Positions 29,993 to 39,662 of a stretch of DNA of 64,000 nt are shown in pieces. The notes below the pieces were generated by a model, which saw only the letters and a program-made list of their open reading frames with translations, had not been told where the DNA came from and made no database searches. Every line of letters starts with the position of its first letter. Position 1 is the stretch's first letter. Source of the stretch: an uncultured bacterium (GTDB lineage: Bacteria; Chloroflexota; UBA5177; JANWHV01); NCBI GenBank assembly GCA_963827235.1, contig CAWHAE010000007.1, positions 1 to 64,000 on the forward strand, in the 5' to 3' direction. Made by a program: the position numbers and the translations under genes.

Positions 29993-30773
29993 CGTCGTGC
30001 GCCGCGCCGACGGCTTCGTCCACCTTGCGCCGAACCTGGGCTGGCACGACGTGCCTCTGGGCTCCATCCTGCGACAGCGCCTCGCCCTGCCAGTGCCGCT
30101 GACGATAGCCAACGATGCGGACCTCGGAGGACTGGCCGAACACGCACGGGGCGCTGGACGCGGCACGAATGACATGGTGTAGCTTCAGTGTGAAGTAGGC
30201 ATCGGGGCAGGTATCATCGCCGGTGGCCGGCCCCTGGAGGGAACGGCTGGGTGCGCCGGCGAGGTTGGTCACTTACTGGTGAATCCAAGCGGACTTCCCT
30301 GTCACTGTGGCGCGACTGGCTGTAGGGAAACGGAGGCCGGCGAGATCGCGTTGCTGCGGCACGCCGGACGCAGCGGAGGGTCGTCACGACGCGAGAGCGT
30401 GAGCCAGGTGCTGGCCGACGCGGAACGGGGCGATACGGCCGCGAGCGCCGCCGTTCAGGCTATCGGGCAATGGCTGGGTCTCGGCTGTGCCAGCCTCGTG
30501 AACATCTTCAATCCGGAGCTCGTCGTCCTTGGTGGATTCTTCTGTAAGCTCTACCCGCTCGTGGAGATGGCCCTGCGCGAACAGATCCGGACCCGCGCGG
30601 TGGCGCCGGCGCGCAACTTCGTCAACATTGTCCCGGCCATGCTGGGGCCGGACGCGGCGGTTCTTGGTGCGGCCGAACTGGCGCTAGAGCCGATCCTGAC
30701 CGATCCCACGATAGTTCCTGCACGTCCGGAAGCGCTCAGTCGGACGGAGCAGCACGGGAAGTCACGTACATAA
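29988..30773 (+). pseudogene. ROK family regulator fragment (5' truncated, internal stop)
   Basis: APNLGWHDVPLG, ANDADLGGLAE, TAG at 30180, GIGAGII, AGEVGH, CHCGATGC. Confidence 0.8.
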
Positions 30774-30783
30774 GGATAGGGCC

Positions 30784-31482
30784 ATGGACATGTTCAACAG
30801 ACTCCGCGGGCCGGAGGGCAGTGCCATTCGGCACCAGCAAAAAAGCCGGGAGCTGGAACAGTCAGGCCTCGTCCATCTGCAGAACGGCAGCCTGTTTCAG
30901 GCCAAGACTGACCTGCAAAGGGCCGTCGGTCTCGATCCCCAAAGCGCGGCTCTGCGCGGTCATCTCGCGCAGGTGCTGGCCGGCCTCGATCTGCTGAAGG
31001 ACGCCGATAGGGAATTCCGCACCGCTATTACGCTCAGCCCGTTCGATCAAGAGCTGCGCTTCGCGCACGCCCAGCTGCTGGAGACAATGGAATACCTGGA
31101 CGACGCCGCAGAGGAGTACGGCTTCGCATCGACCCTCGACCCGCATCCCAGCCGCAGCTTGATCGCGTTAGCGTTCCTGGAAGCCGGGCGCGGCAACATT
31201 CGGAAAGCGGAAGGCAGCATTCTCAACGCGCTCGAACGCGGCGAGAGTAATCTTCAGGTTTGGGCATCCTTGTGTGATATCCGCCAGGACATGCTGCTCG
31301 AGGAGCAGCGAAACCTCAATCGATCGATCGGCCTGCTCGCCTGGGGCTACGATAGGGCACATGGCGACCGGAGAATCCAGACAGCCATCGACGGCAAGAA
31401 GGCGAGACGGCGCAAGGTGACGCGCACCGGCTCCGTCCGCAGTTCCTCCGCAGTGCGACGCAGTCTATCGGGCTCAACGTAA
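30784..31482 (+). CDS. Tetratricopeptide repeat protein
   Basis: Repeating A..L..A..L.P helical pattern (RAVGLDP, TAITLSP, ASTLDP). Confidence 0.7.
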   Translation: MDMFNRLRGPEGSAIRHQQKSRELEQSGLVHLQNGSLFQAKTDLQRAVGLDPQSAALRGHLAQVLAGLDLLKDADREFRTAITLSPFDQELRFAHAQLLETMEYLDDAAEEYGFASTLDPHPSRSLIALAFLEAGRGNIRKAEGSILNALERGESNLQVWASLCDIRQDMLLEEQRNLNRSIGLLAWGYDRAHGDRRIQTAIDGKKARRRKVTRTGSVRSSSAVRRSLSGST

Positions 31483-31566
31483 GGGTCCGGTTAGGCGCCC
31501 GGCGGAGAACTCGGTATTCTCAAGTGTCACTGTTGAGCCCGATCCATGCGAGGTACCTCGGAGCAA

Positions 31567-33162
31567 ATGCACATGACGACAGCCGACCCGCCTCGTCCGA
31601 GCCCGACCCGGTGGCTCGCCATGGCCATGATCGGCTTGGGTGTCTCGATGATTATCATCGACGCTACAATCGTGAACGTTGCTCTACCCGTGATCATCCG
31701 GGCACTGCCCTTGACCTTCAACGAGGCGGAGTGGGTCAACAGCATCTACGCCGTGGTCTTCGCTGCTCTGCTCATCCCTCTCGGCCGGCTCGGTGACACG
31801 CACGGGCGAAAGCGTCTCTACCTGCTGGGCTTAGCCTGCTTTGTGTTCGCCAGCTTGTGTGCCGGCGTGGCACAGAACAGTGGAGAACTGCTGGCCGCCA
31901 GAGTGCTGCAGGGCGTGGGCGCCGCGGCTATCCTTCCTGCCACGCTGTCCACGCTGAACGCCACGTTCCGTGGCAGGGAGCGGATTCTGGCCTTCGCCTT
32001 CTGGGGCTCGATCATCGGTGGTATGGCGGCGCTCGGGCCGCTGGCCGGTGGCTGGCTGACCACCAGCTTCAGCTGGCGCTGGGCCTTCCTCGTCAACCTG
32101 CCTGTCGCCGTGGTCGTGGTCGCCGGCACGATCCTGTGGGTGCCGGAAAGCAAGGACGATGCCGCACCGCGCGGCCGCGACCTGCCGGGTACGCTCACAC
32201 TGAGCCTGTCCATGACCGCGCTGGTGTTTACCCTGATTGAGGGTCAGCATTACGGCTGGTGGTCGCCCGACCAGCCATTCGCCGTGGGCGGCTGGCACTG
32301 GCCGATTGGCGGACTCTCGGTCATCCCTTTCACCGGCACCCTGGCGGTGGTCTGTTTCGGTCTCTTCCTCCTGGTTGAGCGTAACAAAGCCCGCAAGGGC
32401 CAGGTCCTGCTGGTGGACTTCCGCCTGTTCGTCTATCGATCCTATGCCTTCGGCAATCTGGTGGGGCTGGTGATCAGCTTGGGCGAGTATGGCATCATTT
32501 TCGTGCTGCCGCTCTTCCTGCAAGGCGTCCTCGGCTTCAGTGCCTTCCAGACCGGCGGGCTCTTCCTCTCCTTGGCGCTCGGCTCTTTCCTGGCCGGCGG
32601 TCTCGCGACACCACTGACGCACTGGCTGGGCGCTCGGCGCGTAGTCAGTCTCGGCGTGGGCAGCGAAGTGGTCGGCATCTGCGGCACGGCTGCACTGCTC
32701 GCCCAGGCGATGCAAGCCCTGACGCTGGTCCCCTTCCTCTTCGTCTACGGCATCGGCGTCGGCCTCGCCTCTGCAAGGCTGACCAGCGTCATCCTCTCCG
32801 AGATTCCACCGGCGCAATCGGGCCAGGCGTCCGGCATGCAGAGTACCTTCCGCCAGGTCGGCTCGGCGCTGGGTATCGCTATCCTGGGCACGGTTGTCTC
32901 CGTCGTACTCGACCGGCAGACCATGAGCCAGTTGGCTCGCATCCCCGGATTCCCGCTGCAGGCGCGCACCGCACTGGCCGCGACGGTGCGAGAGACAGGA
33001 GGGCAAGTCCTTGCCACGCTACGGACGCAATCCGATCACGCCGTCGTCGTCGCAGTGAGCAATGCCGTCACCGACGCTGCACGCTGGGCTGCATGCGTGG
33101 CCGCCGCCCTCGTGGCCTGCGCGTTCGTCCTCACGTGGTGGCTGCCAGAAGACCAGGCATGA
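31567..33162 (+). CDS. MFS drug:H+ antiporter, DHA2 (EmrB/QacA) family
   Basis: IDATIVNVALP, GRLGDTHGRK, GPLAGGWL...WRWAFLVNLP; about 14 TM segments. Confidence 0.93.
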   Translation: MHMTTADPPRPSPTRWLAMAMIGLGVSMIIIDATIVNVALPVIIRALPLTFNEAEWVNSIYAVVFAALLIPLGRLGDTHGRKRLYLLGLACFVFASLCAGVAQNSGELLAARVLQGVGAAAILPATLSTLNATFRGRERILAFAFWGSIIGGMAALGPLAGGWLTTSFSWRWAFLVNLPVAVVVVAGTILWVPESKDDAAPRGRDLPGTLTLSLSMTALVFTLIEGQHYGWWSPDQPFAVGGWHWPIGGLSVIPFTGTLAVVCFGLFLLVERNKARKGQVLLVDFRLFVYRSYAFGNLVGLVISLGEYGIIFVLPLFLQGVLGFSAFQTGGLFLSLALGSFLAGGLATPLTHWLGARRVVSLGVGSEVVGICGTAALLAQAMQALTLVPFLFVYGIGVGLASARLTSVILSEIPPAQSGQASGMQSTFRQVGSALGIAILGTVVSVVLDRQTMSQLARIPGFPLQARTALAATVRETGGQVLATLRTQSDHAVVVAVSNAVTDAARWAACVAAALVACAFVLTWWLPEDQA

Positions 33163-33492
33163 GGGCCCTCCAGGACGCCTGCCGGCGGTCGTGCCTGGAA
33201 CCCCACGCTATCTCGAATCGTTCCGCGGGACCGTTACCATACCGGCCTCGCGAGGAGTCCTGCCGCATGCAGCGGTGCCTTCTCGATCCGGCCGCCGGTC
33301 TATCCGCCTGAGATACCGCGCGGCACCGGCTGCCAGGCAGGACATCTTTCCTATCACCAATCGAGACACGGGGCATCGATCCGTGCTACGATCAGCGCGC
33401 AAGCGGACAGTGCCGTCACGCTTAGGCAGTAGAGTGCAGCCGGGGCACTGGCTCATTGGTGAGCAACGATCCCGGAAAAGGAAACACAACGC

Positions 33493-33843
33493 ATGTGTCC
33501 CTCAATCGCGGCAGCGAAGAAGCTGCTCAGGGCCGAGCTCAACCGTCTGCAGCTCCCGTACTCGTGCCTCACCGTTCGCACCACCGGCGTCCTGGATCTG
33601 CCGGAGAACGTCCACCTTTCCGTCACCGTCCACGGCTGGCAGGCCAACGCGGCGGCGTGGGCAACCGTGCAGCACTTCGCACAGGCACGCGGCTTCCGTG
33701 TGCAGCGGAGCCTTGCCTTGACAACCTGTGCCGACATCGCGCCCAGGGCTGCTCGCCGGCTGCGAGCCCGAATGCAACCGGCAATGGCGACACCGGCGCA
33801 AGCAAACGCACAGCACCACGCTCCGGTACCCGCGTTCGCCTAG
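33493..33843 (+). CDS. Small hypothetical protein
   Basis: Purine-rich upstream region and high GC3; no family recognised with confidence. Confidence 0.45.
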   Translation: MCPSIAAAKKLLRAELNRLQLPYSCLTVRTTGVLDLPENVHLSVTVHGWQANAAAWATVQHFAQARGFRVQRSLALTTCADIAPRAARRLRARMQPAMATPAQANAQHHAPVPAFA

Positions 33844-34333
33844 AGCACAGGCACCGCGAAGGACGGCCTGAGTCCCGGGCGCCCTACTGATATCCGCCGG
33901 GCGCTGCACGTGGATCCCGATGCCGCGCGACGGCGGCAGACGGGGCGGATACACATGGATACTCTGGCCATGGCGCTGGTCCACGCCCGCGCTCGTACCC
34001 GGACCGTTCCGACCCGGCACGCGACAGCCGGCTTCATGTCGCCGTGAGCACGGTGGCCCGGAGATCCCGCCGGTCGACGCGCCTCGTGGCGCCCGGCCGG
34101 ACTCCATCGCCGGATGTTACTCCCCGGCTGTCCGCGCGGCGCGGGCGTCATGCACTACAATCTTCACGGCAACGCCTTCGCGACGAGTCCTTGCATGGAG
34201 CATGACGAGACGCTGCGAGCCCTCGCCCGCATTTCCAGGTGCGACGGGCAACGGTTCTTCGCGGCAAGCCGGTCGCACTGATCGGCAGTGGGCAGCCGCA
34301 CTGAAGGCATGGCTCCAGAGAGGGAGGCGAGAT

Positions 34334-36721
34334 ATGCGCGTGATAACGGACGGCAATCCGTTCGATCTCGGCGCGGGCGATGGGTGCCGTTGGCTCGCCG
34401 CGGCGGCAGCCGTGCCGCCCTGCGCGATGGCCTATCGGTGCCGGTTTGACGCCGATGGCGGCGCGGCGATGCGCGTACACGTGAGCGCCGACGAACGCTA
34501 TGAGCTGTTCCTCGACGGCCGTCGCATTGGTCGCGGTCCGGAGCGCGGCGACGCCTTGCACTGGTACTTCGAGACCTATGACCTGCCGCTGGCGGCCGGC
34601 TCGCACACCCTTGTCGCCCGCGTCTGGTCGCTGGGCCACCTGGCTCCCATGGCGCAGCACAGCGCCGGTCACGGCCTGATCGTCAGTGCCGAGCGGCCGT
34701 TCCACACGGCGGTGAGCACCGGCCTTGGGCCGTGGGAGGCGAGGAGGCTGGAGGGATATCGCATCGTCGATCCGATCCTGTACCTCGACGAGGGCTGGGC
34801 CCGTTACACCGGTTCCGATCTCACCGTCGACGCGGCGCACACGCCCTGGGACTGCGAGGACGGCGGCGGCAGTGGCTGGTCCGCGCGCGACCTGCTGCAT
34901 GCCGACGCGGCGATGAACGAGTGCGGTGAGTTGCCGGCTCACCTCCTGGTGCCGGGCAGTCTGCCCGCCATGCTGGATCAGTTGCGCCGGGTCGGCGTGG
35001 TGCGCCACGTGTGTGCCGGAGTGCGTGGCGACCGAGCCGTCACGGTACGTCCCGCGGAGCATCTGGAGCACGAGGCCGAGGAGTGGCAGGCGCTCGTCGA
35101 CGGGTGCGCTCACGTGCAGGTGCCTCCGCAGAGCGTGCGGCACGCCGTGATCGATCTCCAGAGCTACTACTGTCTCTATCCACGGCTGGTCGCTTCCGGC
35201 GGCCGCGGCGCGCAGGTGAGCCTCGCCTGGGCCGAGGCACCGTACCTCGGTGCCCAGTCTCGCATCAAGGGCCGGCGAGACCAGCTGGAGAGCGCCTGCT
35301 TCCTGAGCGAGCACCCGGACACCCTGCTCCTCGACGGCGGGGCCGGCCGCGTGCTGGAAAGCGCCTGGTGGCGCGCCGGACGTTATCTCATCCTCACCGC
35401 CGAGACGGCGCAGGAGCCGCTCACGATCGACGGGCTCGACCTCCGCGAGACGCGCTATCCGCTGGAGATGGAAAGCACCTTCGCCTGCGAGGACGAGCGC
35501 GTGGGCCGGGTGATTCCGATCGCGCTGCGCGCCTTGCAGATGTGCGCGCACGAGACCTACATGGACTGTCCCTACTACGAGCAGCTCATGTATGCCGGGG
35601 ACACGCGCCTGCAGGCACTGGTGACCTACACCCTGGGACGCGACGACCGCTTGCCGCGCAAGGCACTCTCGCTCTTTGCCGCCTCGCGCCTGCCGGGCGG
35701 GTTGACGCAGTCTCGCTACCCTAGTCGCCGCCCGCAGGTGATCCCGCCGTTTGCCCTCTGGTGGGTGGACATGGTGCATGACTACGCCCTCTGGCGTGGC
35801 GATCGTGACCTGGTAGCATCGCTGCTTCCAGCCATCCGCGGCGTGCTCGACGCCTTTCTGGATGCGGCCGCTGCCGGAGGCGGCGCCGGCGTGCTGCCCG
35901 GCTGGAACTTCGTGGACTGGGTACCGGCGTGGGCCAACGGGGTGCCGCCGGGCAGCGCGGAGGGCGCCAACGGCTGTGTCGGGTGGCAGCTCGTGCTGAC
36001 GCTCGACCTGGCGGCGGAGCTGGAGCAATGGGCAGGGCAGCTCGAGCTGGCCCAGCGCTTCCGCCGGCACGCCGGCGCGCTCGTGCAGCGACTGCAGCCG
36101 CTGTTCTGGGATGACGCGCGAGGTATGTTCGCGGACGATCCGGCCAGGCAGAGCTTCTCCGAGCACGCGCAGGCGCTGGCGCTCTTGAGCGGCCGGCTGG
36201 ATCCGGCTCAGCAGCAGCGCGTCGCCGCCGGCCTGCTGGGCGATTCGACGCTGTCCCGGTGCACGATCTACTTCTCGCACTATCTGTTCGAGGCTTACCG
36301 GCTGCTCGGCCGTGTCGACGCCCTGTACCAGCGCCTGGGCTTCTGGTTCGACCTGGCGCCGCACGGCTTCGTGACCACGCCGGAGACCTCGGATCTCGCC
36401 TCCACGCGGTCGGATTGCCATGCCTGGGGCGCGCATCCGCTCTACCATCTCTACGCGTCGATCCTGGGCGTTCGTCCGGCCTCGTTCGGCTTCCAGACGG
36501 TTGAGGTTGCTCCTCAGCTCGGACCGCTGCGCTGGGCTCGCGGCCGGCTCGTGCATCCTGCCGGCGCGATCGAGGTGGATTTGCTGCGCACGGAGATGGC
36601 GCTAGCCGGCTCGATCACGCTTCCGCGGGCCGTCTCGGGCGTGCTGCGCCTGGAGGGGACGACACAGCCACTTCATCCTGGGCGCCAGGAGGTGAATGTG
36701 GCTATCGTCCCTACACGGTGA
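34334..36721 (+). CDS. Alpha-L-rhamnosidase, GH78-like
   Basis: VSADERYELFLDG, DCPYYEQLMYAGD, SDCHAW; GGGAGG RBS before ATG 34334. Confidence 0.9.
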   Translation: MRVITDGNPFDLGAGDGCRWLAAAAAVPPCAMAYRCRFDADGGAAMRVHVSADERYELFLDGRRIGRGPERGDALHWYFETYDLPLAAGSHTLVARVWSLGHLAPMAQHSAGHGLIVSAERPFHTAVSTGLGPWEARRLEGYRIVDPILYLDEGWARYTGSDLTVDAAHTPWDCEDGGGSGWSARDLLHADAAMNECGELPAHLLVPGSLPAMLDQLRRVGVVRHVCAGVRGDRAVTVRPAEHLEHEAEEWQALVDGCAHVQVPPQSVRHAVIDLQSYYCLYPRLVASGGRGAQVSLAWAEAPYLGAQSRIKGRRDQLESACFLSEHPDTLLLDGGAGRVLESAWWRAGRYLILTAETAQEPLTIDGLDLRETRYPLEMESTFACEDERVGRVIPIALRALQMCAHETYMDCPYYEQLMYAGDTRLQALVTYTLGRDDRLPRKALSLFAASRLPGGLTQSRYPSRRPQVIPPFALWWVDMVHDYALWRGDRDLVASLLPAIRGVLDAFLDAAAAGGGAGVLPGWNFVDWVPAWANGVPPGSAEGANGCVGWQLVLTLDLAAELEQWAGQLELAQRFRRHAGALVQRLQPLFWDDARGMFADDPARQSFSEHAQALALLSGRLDPAQQQRVAAGLLGDSTLSRCTIYFSHYLFEAYRLLGRVDALYQRLGFWFDLAPHGFVTTPETSDLASTRSDCHAWGAHPLYHLYASILGVRPASFGFQTVEVAPQLGPLRWARGRLVHPAGAIEVDLLRTEMALAGSITLPRAVSGVLRLEGTTQPLHPGRQEVNVAIVPTR

Positions 36722-36969
36722 CTCCCTGCCGCGCGGGCAGGTGAGCCAGGCTTCGGCTGCCGGAGCCGGCGCGAATACGAGGCAAGACTGACTGCCACTC
36801 CAAGCGAATATTGGCTAGCGGAACTGGTCGGCTTCTCCGGTTGGCACCGCTGCTCGCCCGCAGCTGTGCCCGCCGAAACTGGCATTTCATGGCCACGAGT
36901 GACGAAACAGGCTTCCGAATGGCCACGGGGAACGGCTGAAGCGCGATACTACCCTGACCGTGTGTGCAA

Positions 36970-37855
36970 GGTCATGCTCCAAGGGCACCCGTACCTGGAC
37001 GGCCGCCCAGCGGGCAGGCTGGGTGGCCAAGGAGTACGGCGTCCGCCTGAGCGCCGACCGGTTGCGCCGCCATCTGCGGCGGGAGCGCATCACCTGGCAG
37101 CGCACCAGCCGCAGCCTGCGGTACAAACAGAACCCCGAGGAGGTAGCAGAGCGCGAGGCCGTACTGACGGACCTCGCAAGGAAGGGGATGCTGGACTAAT
37201 CGACCTCTGCCATCTGGACGAAGCGGGCTTTGCCTTGACGTTGCTGCCGACCACCTACAGCTGGGGTGTCCAGGGTGAGCGGTTGCGCGTGCCGTATCAG
37301 GCACCGCAAGGCCGCCGGGTGAACGTGATCGGGGTGTATGTCACGCACGGGCCGGCGGCGGGTCGCCTGCTGTATCGGAGCTGGGCCGTCCTGCCCAAGA
37401 GCCGGGCCAAGCAGCCACGCACCACCCCGGAGGAGCGGGCTGCTGCCCACGGTTTGACGGTCGAGGCGGTTGGGCCCATCGACGCCGAGCGCTTGGTGGC
37501 CTTTCTCTGGCAGGTTGCGGGCCGGCCCGCCGACGCGGCGCCGACCTGGCGGCGGGTACGGCCGCTGGTGATCGCCCTGGACAACTACTCGGTCCACACC
37601 AATCAGACGGTTATCGCGGCGCAGCCCGCCTTGGCTGCCGCCAACGGCGAGCTGGTCTATCTGGCCCGCTACTGCCCCGAGCAGTCGGACATCGAACCGG
37701 TTTGGAACGACGTGAAACAGCATCATATCCCGGTGCGCAGTTTCCCGCAGGTGGCCGAGCTCAAAGACGCGGTCGACGATGCGCTGGCCTGCAAAGCCAC
37801 GCAACTGCAGCAAGCCCAAGACAAACCTACGAACATCCGCCGCTGGGCCGCTTAG
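36970..37855 (+). mobile_element. IS630-family transposase, 5' truncated, in two frames
   Basis: Winged-HTH piece WTAAQ...LRRHLRRERITWQR; frame switch at AAGGAAGGGG (about 37178-37187); DDE motifs LDEAGF, LDNYSVH, IEPVW. Confidence 0.85.
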
Positions 37856-39357
37856 CCATCAAGTCCCGTGCGCACAACCGCCAAACCGGGAGCGGGCACC
37901 ACGAGTCGAACGCTACCCGCCTCCGTCACAGCTGCCTCCGTACACCTGGGCACTACATGTCGCGGATCTTCCCAACTGTTGGTGGCCTGGAGGTTCACGC
38001 CGCCCAGTACCGTGACGTCAGCACGCGCCGCGAACTGCCGGTTCGTCACCGTCACGTCAACCGCCAGCTCGTGCTGCTGGTCGCGATTGAGCAGGAACGT
38101 GCAAATCGTCCCGCGCTCAGCGTCGTAGCTGGCCGCAGCGTCGAGCACCGGGACCTCGCCGCGGTCGCCTGCCTGATAGACAGGGCAGGCGACCGCCGGG
38201 GTGAGCGCCAGCCCCGTAGCGTGCTGGGCGTAGAGCTCGAACGGGTAGTAGATGGTCTGCAGCAACACACCATCGGGCCTGGTGACGACAGGAGCGATCA
38301 CGTTGACTGCTTGGGCCAGGCACGCCATCTTCACGACGTCCGCGTGACGCACGAAGGTGGATAGGTACTGCGCGACCACCAACGCATCTTCGAAATTGTA
38401 GACCTCCTCGAGCAGGTGCGGCGCCTGGCTCCAGCCGCCGTCGGCGTGGAGCCCGGCTCGCGCACGGTACCAGACGTTCCATTCGTCGAAGGAGAGATAG
38501 ACCTGCTTCTGGCTCTTCTTCACGCCCCGCACGTAGGCAAGCAAGCCGGCGTAGTCGTCGATGATGCGATCGATCTCCACGCCCTCGGCCAGGTAGCAGG
38601 CACTATTTTGGCTGGCATTACTGCTGTAGCGATGCGCTGAGATGTAGTCGACGTCCTCCCAGCAGTATTCGAGCACTACGCGGTCCCAGTCCAGATAGGT
38701 CGGCATCTCCCTGCCTGAGGAGCCGCAGGCGACCACCTGGATACTCGGATCCAGACCCCGCAGCACCACCGCTGCCTGTGCGGCGCGTTGAGCATAGACG
38801 GTGGCCGGCACGTGACCTGCCTGCCAGGGGCCGTCCATCTCGTTCCCCAGACACCACAGCTTCACGCCGTACGGCTCGACGTTGCCGTTCCGCACACGCT
38901 GGTCGGCCCAGTGGCTCCCGCACGGCAGATTGCAGTACTCGAGCAACTGGGCGGCCTCCGTGGTGCCGGCGGTGCCGAGGTTTACCGCCAGCATCGGCGC
39001 AGCGCCAAGAACCTTGAGCCACGCCATGAATTCGTCGGTGCCGAACTGATTGCTCTCCACGCTCCGCCATGCGTAGTCCGGCCGTGCGGGTCGCGCCTCG
39101 CGTGGTCCGATGCCGTCTTTCCAGTCGTAGCAACTGACAAAGTTGCCACCGGGATAGCGCACGACAGGGATATGGAGCGCGCGAAGGGCATCAAGCACAT
39201 CGCGGCGGAAACCCTGCTCATCGCTACGCGGATTGCCGGGGTCATAGATACCGTCGTAAATCGCCCGGCCCAGGTGCTCAAGAAAGCCGCCAAAGATCCG
39301 CCGGTCGATAGCGCCGACGTGGTGATCGGTATCCAGACGTACCGTCGCTCGATTCAT
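37852..39357 (-). CDS. Alpha-L-arabinofuranosidase, GH51 (AbfA-like)
   Basis: FGGFLEHLGR, RYPGGNF, WCLGNEMDGPWQ, SFDEWNVW, LLEE.Y. Confidence 0.94.
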   Translation of the reverse strand: MNRATVRLDTDHHVGAIDRRIFGGFLEHLGRAIYDGIYDPGNPRSDEQGFRRDVLDALRALHIPVVRYPGGNFVSCYDWKDGIGPREARPARPDYAWRSVESNQFGTDEFMAWLKVLGAAPMLAVNLGTAGTTEAAQLLEYCNLPCGSHWADQRVRNGNVEPYGVKLWCLGNEMDGPWQAGHVPATVYAQRAAQAAVVLRGLDPSIQVVACGSSGREMPTYLDWDRVVLEYCWEDVDYISAHRYSSNASQNSACYLAEGVEIDRIIDDYAGLLAYVRGVKKSQKQVYLSFDEWNVWYRARAGLHADGGWSQAPHLLEEVYNFEDALVVAQYLSTFVRHADVVKMACLAQAVNVIAPVVTRPDGVLLQTIYYPFELYAQHATGLALTPAVACPVYQAGDRGEVPVLDAAASYDAERGTICTFLLNRDQQHELAVDVTVTNRQFAARADVTVLGGVNLQATNSWEDPRHVVPRCTEAAVTEAGSVRLVVPAPGLAVVRTGLDG

Positions 39358-39662
39358 ACTGACCTCACCAATCCGACAGACTCTGCCGTTCCTTAGCGGC
39401 ACCGCCCCAGATGCCGGCCAAGGACTGCCGCTCTACGGCCAGGAAGATATTGGGTCCGGGGATATACCGGCAAGCAGCCTGCTAAGCTCGCTCCGTGGTG
39501 CGATCCAAGACCGGCTCCCCAGTCTGTCCGGCCAGCCGCTGCTCACGTCACCCTTCAATGCCGTCAAGATTCGAGGCAAACCCGAACTTCGCCGCCTCCC
39601 AGGCTGGGATTACCCGGTCATCGAACGCATCGTTGTCGCTGTTCGCTGAACGACCTCGGGAC

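Noticed and set aside
28977-30272. 431-aa ORF as a novel ABC ATPase fusion
   Set aside because: It stitches antisense ROK sequence, an ATPase lacking Walker A and an out-of-frame permease
34148-36556. Long antisense ORFs (also 4661-6166, 19831-21492, 24209-25885, 57964-60051)
   Set aside because: Shadow frames of well-supported genes in high-GC DNA; Arg/Ala/Pro-rich with no motifs
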